From Guillardia theta CCMP2712 (Eukaryota > Protista > Cryptophyta): a stretch of 46,947 bases of DNA. The position numbers were made by a program, and so were the translations under genes. The notes beneath the pieces were generated by a model, which searched no databases, had not been told where the DNA came from, and saw only the letters and a list, made by a program, of their open reading frames with translations. Positions within the stretch are counted from its first letter, which is position 1, and every line of letters starts with the position of its first letter. Location: the NCBI RefSeq assembly GCF_000315625.1, contig NW_005434530.1:1-46947 (forward strand). The letters are read 5' to 3'. Below are positions 14,216-24,757 of this stretch, piece by piece.

Positions 14216-15636
14216 TTTTACTCCGAATTTTTATATCTATTTTTTATATTTATGAAGATTTTGATTTGAAATATTTGACTCAACTTTAACAAATTAGTAC
14301 CAGACTATATAACTTCAAGAAGCTGAATCTATACCAACTTAGAGTACTGTTGTACCAAACCTTTAAAAATATTTTACATCGCTGCCCATATGTCCACATG
14401 GGTGGGGTCAGGGTTGGTGAAACTAGAAATGGAGGGGTGGTATCTCGCGAGCTGAGGTTATTATTCGGAAAATGGGGAGGGGGGGCCGAAAGAAGGGGGG
14501 GTACTTGCAAACTGGATATTCACGTTTTAGTAGGGGGTAGGGTTCAGTCAAATCTTCATTGTACGAATATGGGCTTTGCGAATACCTATGAACGGGGAAG
14601 ATGGTCAAGAGGAGGGGGTGGGGGTGAGAATCCATGTTGTTTCAATAATGGAAATGCAGACAAAAGGGTGGGTTCTGTGTTGAAATCGAAGGGGTAGCCT
14701 TTGATCAACCATCACTACAATTATCGAAATCAAGGGTAGGGTACAGTTCTGGATTATGGGGAAGGGGTGGGTAGTGTCGACAGTTTCTCCTTTTTTTGGC
14801 GGCGGTTGGTAAAGATGCACTGCGCTGCGAGAGAGGAAGAGCAATGAGAGGTGGCAGTCGAGAGTATGAGGCAAGACGCATACGCTAGACATGAGAGGTC
14901 GAGATGTAGCTATAGATATAGGAGGAGCATCTGTGATAGTCCATGATGTAGAACCTGGAGGATTTGATACTTGAAGTGGCGAGATACCATGGTGTGGTCG
15001 GATCCTTCTTGTCACAAGGCAAAGGACAGTTAGGAACCGTCCTGCCGCAAGCAGTATCAATCAGCTATGTCTTCACTTGATTTATGCACTCCTGGTAGAG
15101 TGAACGCATGGTGTGCTCTTCCTCTGCAGCAGCGTACCTGATCGAAGTTTTTTTCCCTGCAAAGTCAACAAGATTGGTAGCAACCCTCTAGTAAGAACGT
15201 TTTGGTAACAAAGATCCAAGCATAGTGTAAATAGCTAGACGAAGAAGCGAGTCCAGTGTTGAATCACTTTGAGAAACATTCATACAGTGTGACTAGTTGC
15301 TTAACCAATCCACTGTTGTGGATAGGTAGATACCACGGATGTTTATGGAGAGCAGAAAGAGTCGTAAGGATCACGTTTCTATATAAATCCCTGCCAAGCT
15401 GTCAAACAGACCATTTGGCTCATGCCGACAGGGTTTTTAGGTGTACGGAGGATGCTTTTGAGCATGGTTCTCGACAGGGTCTCAATGACGCAACACTCAA
15501 TGAAACAAAAACCTCGCATGGTTTTTGGCTGATTTTGGTTGGTAACAGGATTGTACTCGTTTGTATTCCTTTCTCAACGATTAGCTCCTCCTTTGTTGTG
15601 CCGGCAGTGAAGTAGAAGAGACCAGCCTCACTCATC

Positions 15637-18447
15637 ATGGGCTGTGGCACAAGCAAAAGCGTCCAACCTAGGAACCCTGAGCCAACGAAACCAGAAGCTC
15701 AAAAGCCTGGTCCTACTCCCGTCGATAAGAAGCCGAATGAGCCCCAAGCTCCCGCACAACCCACACAAACGATACCAGTGCAGCCAAGTCAAACCGAAGC
15801 CAAACCTGAAGCCCAACCAGCTCCAGCAACTCAACCTGCTCAAGCTGCTCCGATTCAATCAGAGATTCAAAATGAAAAAAGCAAAAAGGACCTTGGGAGC
15901 TTCAAGCTGCCGGAGATCGAGGCCGAGTTTGACAAGTGGCTGACCGCGCAGCTCGAGAACTCGCCGGCGGACGTGAAAGACACGGACGACTTCAAGTACA
16001 TCAGCTTCACCGAGCTCCCGCCCTTCACTGAGAAGCATAGGTCGCTGATGAGGAAGAACATGACCGCAGAGCTGTTTGCTAAGCTCAAGGACACCAAGTC
16101 GTCCAAGGGGTACTCGCTGTCCAACGGGATGCAGGCGGGAGTGCTGAGGCCTCATCTGGGGGTCGGCTTCACGTGCGGGGACGAGGAGTGCTTCGACCTG
16201 TTCAAGGAGATCATCAACCCGATCGTCAAGGGCTGGCACAACTTCGACCCAGACACGCAGAGCCACAAGTCGGACCTTGACCCCAGCAAGCTTGCCTTTA
16301 CCGAGGAGCAGCAGACGCTCTTCGCCAAGTACGTCAAGTCCACGCGAGTGCGGGCGGCGCGCAACATCTCGGGCTTCTCGCTGCCCCCCGGGTCGAGCAA
16401 GGAGGATCGGCTTGCGGTGGAGGGAGTGCTGAAGCAGGCGTTTGAGGCGCTGCCAGACAACCTCAAGGGACAGTACTTCCCGCTTGGGTCGCTGTCGACG
16501 GAGCAGGAGGAAGCCTTGCAGGCAGGAGGCTTCCTGTTCCAGAAGCCTGGGCCGATGCAGCTCCTAGGAGCAGCGGGAGCAGGGCGAGACTGGCCGGAGG
16601 GCCGCGGCATCTTCCACAATGAGAGCAAGACGGTGCTTTGCTGGTGCAACGAGGAGGACCAGTGCAGGATCATCGCGATGGAGGAGGGAGGCGACGTGAA
16701 GGGGGTGTTTACGCGCTTCTGCCAGCTGTCGGACGCGATCAAGACGGCGGCGGAGTCCAACGGGAAGTCGCTCATGTACAAGGAGAACCTCGGCTTCCTC
16801 GGGACGTGCCCGTCGAACCTCGGGACGGGGCTCCGAGCAAGCGTGATGATCACGCTGCCGGAGCTGAACAAGGACCCGCACAAGCTCGAGGAGATCTGCT
16901 CGCAGTACGACCTTCAGCCACGAGGGTCGTCGGGCGAGCACACCGCCGCGATCGGAGCCAAGTGGGACATCTCGAACAAGCAGCGCATTGGCTTTTCGGA
17001 GGTTGAGCTTGTGCAGAAGATGATTGACGGCGTGGCGAAGATCATCGGGATCGAGGAGGAGCTTGCCAAGGCAGCGGCGGGAGGCGACGAGGCAGCGGAA
17101 GGAGCCAAGGAGGAGGAGCCAGCGGCAGGCGATGCTCCGGCAAAGAAAGACCTTGGGAGCTTCAAGCTGCCGGAGATCGAGGCCGAGTTTGACAAGTGGC
17201 TGACCGCGCAGCTCGAGAACTCGCCGGCGGACGTGAAAGACACGGACGACTTCAAGTACATCAGCTTCACCGAGCTCCCGCCCTTCACTGAGAAGCATAG
17301 GTCGCTGATGAGGAAGAACATGACCGCAGAGCTGTTTGCTAAGCTCAAGGACACCAAGTCGTCCAAGGGGTACTCGCTGTCCAACGGGATGCAGGCGGGA
17401 GTGCTGAGGCCTCATCTGGGGGTCGGCTTCACGTGCGGGGACGAGGAGTGCTTCGACCTGTTCAAGGAGATCATCAACCCGATCGTCAAGGGCTGGCACA
17501 ACTTCGACCCAGACACGCAGAGCCACAAGTCGGACCTTGACCCCAGCAAGCTTGCCTTTACCGAGGAGCAGCAGACGCTCTTCGCCAAGTACGTCAAGTC
17601 CACGCGAGTGCGAGCGGCGCGCAACATCTCGGGCTTCTCGCTGCCCCCCGGGTCGAGCAAGGAGGATCGGCTTGCGGTGGAGGGAGTGCTGAAGCAGGCG
17701 TTTGAGGCGCTGCCAGACAACCTCAAGGGACAGTACTTCCCGCTTGGGTCGCTGTCGACGGAGCAGGAGGAAGCCTTGCAGGCAGGAGGCTTCCTGTTCC
17801 AGAAGCCTGGGCCGATGCAGCTCCTAGGAGCAGCGGGAGCAGGGCGAGACTGGCCGGAGGGCCGCGGCATCTTCCACAATGAGAGCAAGACGGTGCTTTG
17901 CTGGTGCAACGAGGAGGACCAGTGCAGGATCATCGCGATGGAGGAGGGAGGCGACGTGAAGGGGGTGTTTACGCGCTTCTGCCAGCTGTCGGACGCGATC
18001 AAGACGGCGGCGGAGTCCAACGGGAAGTCGCTCATGTACAAGGAGAACCTCGGCTTCCTCGGGACGTGCCCGTCGAACCTCGGGACGGGGCTCCGAGCAA
18101 GCGTGATGATCACGCTGCCGGAGCTGAACAAGGACCCGCACAAGCTCGAGGAGATCTGCTCGCAGTACGACCTTCAGCCACGAGGGTCGTCGGGCGAGCA
18201 CACCGCCGCGATCGGAGCCAAGTGGGACATCTCGAACAAGCAGCGCATTGGCTTTTCGGAGGTTGAGCTTGTGCAGAAGATGATTGACGGCGTGGCGAAG
18301 ATCATCGGGATCGAGGAGGAGCTTGCCAAGGCAGCGGCGGGAGGCGACGAGGCAGCGGAAGGAGCCAAGGAGGAGGAGCCAGCGGCAGGCGATGCTCCTG
18401 CTGAGGGCGGTGAAGCGAATCCACCGGCAGATGCTCCTTCTGAGTAA
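15637..18447 (+). CDS. Two-domain phosphagen (ATP:guanido) kinase with N-terminal MGC acylation motif
   Basis: Two copies of STRVRAARNISG, RDWPEGRGIFHN, WCNEEDQCRII, GTCPSNLGTGLRASV and WDISNKQRIGFSEVELVQ. N-terminus MGCGTSK plus a Pro/Gln/Ala linker. Intronless, 936 aa. Confidence 0.96.
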   Translation: MGCGTSKSVQPRNPEPTKPEAQKPGPTPVDKKPNEPQAPAQPTQTIPVQPSQTEAKPEAQPAPATQPAQAAPIQSEIQNEKSKKDLGSFKLPEIEAEFDKWLTAQLENSPADVKDTDDFKYISFTELPPFTEKHRSLMRKNMTAELFAKLKDTKSSKGYSLSNGMQAGVLRPHLGVGFTCGDEECFDLFKEIINPIVKGWHNFDPDTQSHKSDLDPSKLAFTEEQQTLFAKYVKSTRVRAARNISGFSLPPGSSKEDRLAVEGVLKQAFEALPDNLKGQYFPLGSLSTEQEEALQAGGFLFQKPGPMQLLGAAGAGRDWPEGRGIFHNESKTVLCWCNEEDQCRIIAMEEGGDVKGVFTRFCQLSDAIKTAAESNGKSLMYKENLGFLGTCPSNLGTGLRASVMITLPELNKDPHKLEEICSQYDLQPRGSSGEHTAAIGAKWDISNKQRIGFSEVELVQKMIDGVAKIIGIEEELAKAAAGGDEAAEGAKEEEPAAGDAPAKKDLGSFKLPEIEAEFDKWLTAQLENSPADVKDTDDFKYISFTELPPFTEKHRSLMRKNMTAELFAKLKDTKSSKGYSLSNGMQAGVLRPHLGVGFTCGDEECFDLFKEIINPIVKGWHNFDPDTQSHKSDLDPSKLAFTEEQQTLFAKYVKSTRVRAARNISGFSLPPGSSKEDRLAVEGVLKQAFEALPDNLKGQYFPLGSLSTEQEEALQAGGFLFQKPGPMQLLGAAGAGRDWPEGRGIFHNESKTVLCWCNEEDQCRIIAMEEGGDVKGVFTRFCQLSDAIKTAAESNGKSLMYKENLGFLGTCPSNLGTGLRASVMITLPELNKDPHKLEEICSQYDLQPRGSSGEHTAAIGAKWDISNKQRIGFSEVELVQKMIDGVAKIIGIEEELAKAAAGGDEAAEGAKEEEPAAGDAPAEGGEANPPADAPSE
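15889..18398 (+). repeat. Intragenic tandem duplication, period 1260 bp, near-identical
   Basis: 15889-17138 matches 17149-18398. The only internal difference I found is a synonymous G/A at 16353/17613. Confidence 0.97.
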
Positions 18448-18499
18448 CCAGTTGATTTTGAGTCTCAATGAACTCGCCTGTGTGTGCCTGTTGTGCTGC

Positions 18500-19110
18500 T
18501 ACCGTAGTACCGTACTTCTACGCTCCGTCCGGTCGTAGTTATTAGTCAACTGAGTACTGGCATTTTTGCTTTGATGTAACAGGCTTCAATGTGTGTCGGA
18601 TCTGTGTCTGCCGCTGCCAGAAGTTTTCTGGCCGGGCGCTGGACTCTGAGTACGGTCCGCGGGCCCGGCGGCGAAAGTTCAACGGCCCGGAGTCAAGTTT
18701 GGTATGATTGGGCCCCACTGCGAGCCTCACTCGATGACGGTCACCATTCCCGAAGTTCAATTAGAACTCCGGCGTACGGCCGGTGGCTCGGATCGTACGG
18801 TAGTACCGTACCGCCGAGTCCGATCCGATCACCGTACACGGTGGCACGGTAGTAGTACGCCGGGGCCCGCCGTACCAAACTTCGGCCCCGGTGGGCCGCC
18901 CCGCGACCGCCGTACACTGCCGTCGACGGACGCCGGGTCGGTTGAGTTACCCGATCCGATGATCCGATGATCGGCGACTCAGTGAACTCGGAACTGCGGC
19001 CGGGCGGCCCGGTCACCGGTGCTAGGCCAGTACGCCCGGGTACCGGGTCCGGGTACTCAGGGCCACTGCCGTTGTTATAATAATATTTCGGTGAGGCGGG
19101 CCGTCATTCG
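18500..19110. other. Non-coding GC-rich, short-palindrome-rich island 2, followed by a G-rich tract (about 19140-19330)
   Basis: Many CCGTAC/GTACGG/CCGG/GATC words (e.g. gatccgatgatccgatgatcgg), no credible ORF. Confidence 0.7.
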
Positions 19111-19915
19111 ACTCATGATCACTGAAAGCTTTTATATGGAAAAGCCGGGGTGGGGGTCCATTAGGGACGAGGAGCAGACGATGAGAATGGTAAAAGTGAG
19201 GGGTACTTGATAGGATATCGGGGGGTAGAGAATAAGGTTTGATTTGAAGGTGAGTGGGGTGCTCTGTGTGATGTCGAAGGGGTGTTTTGATTGGGAAAAT
19301 GAGGGGTGGTATGGGGGTGGTGTAACCTTAGGAGGCAGCTGATACAAGGAGGCCACATGGCGCAAGGAGGGAAGCGGAGGAGAAGGAAGGGATGAAAGGA
19401 GGGAGGGGAGAGGAGGGGAAGAAACCCTGAGCGAAATGCTGAGAGATTAGCACGAACATCCAGAACATGTATAACACGATACGCATTCGATTGTTGCTGA
19501 CCTGAAGACATCGAACACAAAGAAGAAGTTTGGCCAACGGCGAACTAGAGTTGTTGATGATTATCATAGTCTCGATTTTGTTTTGGAAAATCAATGATCA
19601 AGTCGATGATGATATGACACAGACAAGTGTGAGAATATGAGAAACAAGAAGGAGAGAAGAGGGGGACGAGGAAAAGAGATCAGGTAAATGGCAAAACCAG
19701 TGAAGGAAAGCATGGCATATATTTGAATACGACAAGAAAGAGGAGAGGAAAAGATGGAACAGAAGCAATCATAGATGACTAGGATGTAGTCTGGTAGCCT
19801 CGGAGCAATCAGAGATGACTTGGTTGTAGTCTGGTAACCTGTGAGGTGAAGGGATGTTGAGGTACAAGGGATGCAGAAACTCACATGAATCTTAGCAGGG
19901 GGTGCGTCAAGCAAC

Positions 19916-22900
19916 ATGATGCTTCTACGATCTCTTGTGCTTGCGGCAACTGCTGTTGCCGTCCACTCCTTCGCTCCTCCGCTAGCTGCACAGGCTTCTC
20001 TGCGCAGGCTTTCTCCTCCCTCACAGCATCTCCCGCTCACCGGCATGAAGAAGGCTCGCGGAAGCAGCACACGCGTGCAGGCTGTGATGATGCCAGGGAC
20101 AGAAGCTGCTAGCTTCCTCTCTCTCCTTCACCTCGCTGACCCCAGGTGCCGTCCAATGCTCCTCTTTCTGTCCCACTCATCGTTTCTTGTTGCAGCCACC
20201 TCCCTGCCGACGTCGCCGCCTCCACCGGTACCGCGAGCAGCTTGCTGATGTTCGTCGACTGACTGACCTCCTCCTCCAGCTGCCCTGCAGGATGCAATGC
20301 AGCTCCTGTCCGATGCTGCCGCTGCTGCAGCGGAAACGACAGAGGTTAGCGATGTCTCCTCCCCTCATTTCTCCCGCTCCTGCTCCTGCCCCTGCCCCTG
20401 CCCCTCCTCCTCCTGCTCCTCTGTTCAACCACCTGCTTCTCCAGTTTCACCATCCTCCTCTTCTTCTTTCTCCTTTCACTTTTTCTCTCCATGCCCACCG
20501 TCTCCATCGTGTTCTTCTTCTCACGAGGTGCTTTCTCTCTACAGGACAAGCCAGGTGTTGCCCCATCCCTTACCACGAGCTCTCTGACCTCCCGCCTCCT
20601 CTATAGGCGTCTTTGGCTCCTTCGTCAACTTGATTGTGACCTGCTTGACCGCCTTGCACACTGCGTTCAAGGTTGTGCCTGCTTCTTCCGGCATCTCCCT
20701 TTGCACCTTCACCTCCTTTGCCCGTTAAGTTTTACTTTCCCCGCTCACTGCACGCCCTCATCCTTCAATCGCGTCCTGCACTTTCCCCCCTAACTGTCTT
20801 TCTCGTAGTCTGCGGGCATTCCAGGAGCGTGGGGATACGCCATCGCGACCTTCACCATCTTTGTGAAAGCAGTCACCTATCCTCTCAACTTCAAGCAGGT
20901 AGCTATAATCCTCTTCTCCCTTCATCTCTCCTCTTCTTCCTGCAGTTCTCGTTCTTGTATCATCCTCCTTGGCTTCAGCTGAGCTCTAAACAGATGTCTT
21001 CCACCATCGCCCTCCAGCAGCTGCAGCCCAAGGTCAAGGCCATCCAGTCGCGATATGCCAACGACCCTCAGACTCAGAACGAGAAGATCGCTGAGCTCTA
21101 CAGGTGGTGCAGCAGAAGAAAGTGCTGGAAGAGAGAGGCAGGGATGAGGAGACAGAGGCAGGGATGAGGAGACAGAGGCAGGGATGAGGAGACAGTAGCC
21201 TGCTAGAAGAGGAGGGAGGAAGAGAAAGAGTTTGCTTTCTTACTCACAAGCTTCTTACAGGACGGAGAATGTCAATCCTCTTGCAGGATGCCTTCCCACG
21301 CTTATCCAGATCCCTGTCTTCATCGGCCTCTACAGGTACCTTGCTCCTCCTTTCCCTTCCCCTCCTCCTCCTCGCCTGCTTCTCCTCACCGTCTGTCTTC
21401 ACTGTTTTTGGTCCCTTTGTCATCTTACTGATACTCCGCTGCGCTGCTTGTTTGTTGATCGCCATATGACGATGTGTTCAGGTCTGTCTTGCAGCTTGCA
21501 CAGAAAGATCTGTTGGAAGAATCTTTCTTGTGGATCCCTTCCCTTCAGGTAAATCCTCCTGCCCTCTTCTCCTCCCTTGACAAATCCAGTTTCTCCTCCC
21601 TCCTCCTTTTCTTCTCATTCTATCTTCCTGCTTCTGCTTGTACTATCCCTTGCGCCCGCATTTCGCTTTTCTTTTCTTCTTTTCTTCGCTCCTAATCCCA
21701 CCCAGGGCCCCGTCGGTGAGTACAACGCGAAGACTGGCCTTCCTATCGATGCGACTGCCTGGCTCTTCAAGGTGACTAGGAGAGGGAAGGGATGGGAAGG
21801 GGAGGGGAGATGACGGGAGGGGAAGGTAAAGGAAGGGAATTGAGACACACGGAGCAGAGGAGAAGAAGGAAAAGGGGGAGGGCGGAGAAGCAAGTAAGGA
21901 TGCGAAGGGAGGGCTGATGACATCCGCAGGGATGGACGGAAGGACATCCAGCGTTGGGATGGGACGGGACGTTGGCCTACCTTTCTCTCCCCATCATCCT
22001 CGTCATCACTCAAACGCTCTCACAGAAGATCCTTCAGGTCAACAAGACGCAAGATTCTCTACCTCTCCTCTCTCCCTCAGCTTTACCCCCTCTGTCTCCC
22101 TTCTAGCGATCCCTCCTATCTCTGCCCCCCCCCTGCAGCTGCGTAATATTGAGCTCATTTCAAGGTTTTTCAGCTGCAAGGACCTGAATCGTCACCCAAC
22201 TGATACTGCACGTAGGCACCCATCTCCTTCCTAATGAAAGGGAGAGCAAGGATCTCGTTGACACTGTGTGCAACGCGTTGGATCCGATACCACGGGAATC
22301 CATAAGACTATTNNNNNNNNNNNNNNNNNNNNNNNNNNNNNNNNNNNNNNNNNNNNNNNNNNNNNNNNNNNNNNNNNNNNNNNNNNNNNNNNNNNNNNNN
22401 NNNNNNNNNNNNTTTCCCTTCTCACCTTTTCTCTTCTCTTCATCTCCCCCCCCCCCTGCCTCTTTCTCACTCGTCCCTCCCTCGTTTCCTCATGAAGTCT
22501 CTCTCTCCCGTCTTGGTTGCATGCTAACATGATGCTCAAGGACATGCAGTCTTCCACTGAGGCTGCCGCGCCCCTCCAAGGACGTCTCGCTCAAGAGGTC
22601 AGTGCTCCCTCCTCCTCCTCCTCCTCCTCCTCCTCCTCCTCCTCCTCCTCCTCCTCCTCCACCACCACCACCACCACCACCACCTCCTCCTCCTCCTCCT
22701 CCTCCTCATCATCATCATCATCGTGCTCTTCCTCCGCTGCTACAAGGCGCTGATCGGTTCTCACAGATGTCCACCCCCAAGCTCAGGGATGCTGTGTGTT
22801 TGTCTTGTCCCTGCTGTTGCAGACCTAACGGGAGCGCAGGAGGAGCTGAGCTTCAAGCCAAGCACCAAGGAGGTCAAGGCGGAAGGTGCAGCCTCCTTTT

Positions 22901-23066
22901 ACTTGTCGTTGGTGAATGGGGCAGCAGAGGAGGAGGAAGACGAAGAGGGGGACGACGAGCAGCAAGAGAGTGAGCGGCGGGCTGAGCTTGAGGAAAACCT
23001 GACGGGCATGCAGGCAAGTCGGCGGCCAAGAAGAAAGCTCGTGCTCTCAAGAAGAAGAAGAACTGA
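19916..23066 (+). CDS. ALB3: Plastid ALB3 (YidC/Oxa1 family) thylakoid membrane insertase, multi-exon, spans an assembly gap
   Basis: Exons [99 protein letters not shown] and a basic C-terminus [12 protein letters not shown]. Leader [18 protein letters not shown]|FAPP is a signal peptide plus Phe-initiated transit peptide. Confidence 0.93.
21131..21195. repeat. 21-bp intronic minisatellite, about 3 copies
   Basis: gagacagaggcagggatgagg repeated within an ALB3 intron. Confidence 0.85.
22313..22412. other. Assembly gap (100 N)
   Basis: Run of Ns inside ALB3, which probably hides at least one exon. Confidence 0.99.
22607..22720. repeat. (CCT)n/(CCA)n/(TCA)n compound microsatellite, intronic
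   Basis: Direct reading. Confidence 0.9.
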
Positions 23067-23456
23067 GCGGCCCTAGCCGGGCCCGGAGCCGGACGAACAG
23101 CCAGACGACACAGTACTGATCATAAAAGAAAAAACCTTGAGACGGGTGTTTGATCTTGCCCCTGTGCCAACACGGCCATTGGTTCATGACTGCTCCTCAA
23201 CCTCATCCTCCTAGAGTGAGGACTATGCGTTAGCTTGTCCTCAACGGCTACTGATCCCCCCAAAGACTTTGTTGTCAGACCTGTCGTTGGGTTCCCTGCA
23301 AGCACGCCGCATGTGCAATTTTGTATGACATGAGGTCTTTGATTCACAGATAATCAAGAGTTCATTGATTGAAACTTTAACTCTGAAGCGCACTGTTGAA
23401 GTGAAATCTAACGCACACTATCGCTCTACACTAGTGGTTACGATGAAAAAAGATCT

Positions 23457-23876
23457 TCATGAGCACGCGCTCATTCGTATCACCTTGAACGTCTGCCCGA
23501 ACTCCGGCCTCAGCAGCTTCCGTGAGTCAAACCCCGACCGCTTCACTGTCGCCCTGCTCTCCATGCCCTCCCGCGAGAAAAGCTCCTCCTGCTCCCTCGC
23601 CCTCCTTGCCGTCGGCGACCCTGCCATGGTGTCTTCCTCCTCGTCCACCAGCAGCTCGTTGACGATCACTTTCACGATGGCCACCAAGTACGCGATGCCC
23701 ACGACCACCAGGTACATGCGCGACCGCAGCGCATCTGCCCATGGTGCTGCGTGCTGCCTCGGGCTGGAGGGCGGGAGGGTGATGTTGTCGAGAGGCTTAG
23801 GAGAGGAAGGAGCGAGGAGCTCGTCGGGGCAGGTCCAGTCGTGGGAGCATCGGGTAGCGAGGGGAGAGCGACACAT
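23457..23876 (-). CDS. Small hypothetical protein (139 aa) with one hydrophobic segment; LL[KR]PEF family, copy A1
   Basis: ATG at 23876 (MCRSPLATR...), hydrophobic MYLVVVGIAYLVAIVKVIV, acidic patch, C-terminal LLRPEFGQTFKVIRMS. GC3-rich codons and a TATA-like element upstream. Confidence 0.65.
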   Translation of the reverse strand: MCRSPLATRCSHDWTCPDELLAPSSPKPLDNITLPPSSPRQHAAPWADALRSRMYLVVVGIAYLVAIVKVIVNELLVDEEEDTMAGSPTARRAREQEELFSREGMESRATVKRSGFDSRKLLRPEFGQTFKVIRMSACS

Positions 23877-24008
23877 GGTAGATAACAACATTTCTGTGAA
23901 GCAAGGGATTGAGCAAGACTTGGCAGCAGCTTGCAGGGGAGGGCACGAAGGAGAGCAGCTGATGTGGCACTAGCGTGGGAGGGAGCAAGGACGTAGAGGT
24001 ACAAGGGG

Positions 24009-24024
24009 GCGGGAAGGTATTTAT
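24009..24024 (-). promoter_or_regulatory. Putative TATA-like core promoter of copy A1
   Basis: ATAAATACCTTCCCGC on the minus strand, matching TATAAAAGACCTTCCCGC upstream of copy A2 in otherwise diverged flanks. Confidence 0.5.
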
Positions 24025-24638
24025 CGGGGCGATCCCATAAGTTGAGCACAAAAATGTACTCTGTTCTAAATCCATGCCAAAACTCAAATCAAGCAAATAT
24101 TTGTAGGATATAGTCCTTGTCCTAGCTCACTGCACATATTATATAGTGTGGTTTATATCAAGTTGCAGTTTTTCGTTGCCTGAACGAATCTGTGGTAAAC
24201 ACCATGTGACTCGCAATCTGAATTGACCATTGCACCAGTTACACACCGTTACATCACAAAGGCGTGTTGCCGGAAAGTTTCAGTCGGTCGGCGAATTCCT
24301 GGCTAAAATACTTGTTGCACGTGCATGGTAGCAACTTTTGTACCGGGCCTGTCCGAAAAAATTGGTCGAATCCTCGGAACGCAGAGGTGCAAGGGTCACG
24401 TTGATCACTCTTAATTCATTCATGTAATATTCAACCTCCACCCGCCTCCATTTCGCCCCTGAGCAAGAGGATCTCACGACCGTCTCAGGTCCGAGTGGTA
24501 AAGTCAGCTGGCACGCCGGAATGATCCGAGCCATCGGATCTTCCCTTTAACTGGACCAGATCCGACTTTTTACTACACCCATACAGGTAGTAAAGAGAAC
24601 GTTTGAATCTTAAAAAACACTTGTAGAAATTCACCTGC

Positions 24639-24658
24639 TATATAAAAGACCTTCCCGC
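24639..24658 (+). promoter_or_regulatory. Putative TATA box of copy A2
   Basis: TATATAAAAGACCTTCCCGC about 100 nt upstream of the ATG at 24758. Confidence 0.55.
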
Positions 24659-24757
24659 ACTTCCTCTTACTCCCGTCAGACACGTACCTTGTCCATCCCA
24701 ACCATTCTGCATCGGACATCCTTAACCTGTTACACTTCATTTATGTTGTTCGCCATC

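Noticed and set aside
16152-18468. Long antisense ORFs over the phosphagen kinase (and over SND1)
   Set aside because: A by-product of strong GC3 codon bias on the sense strand.
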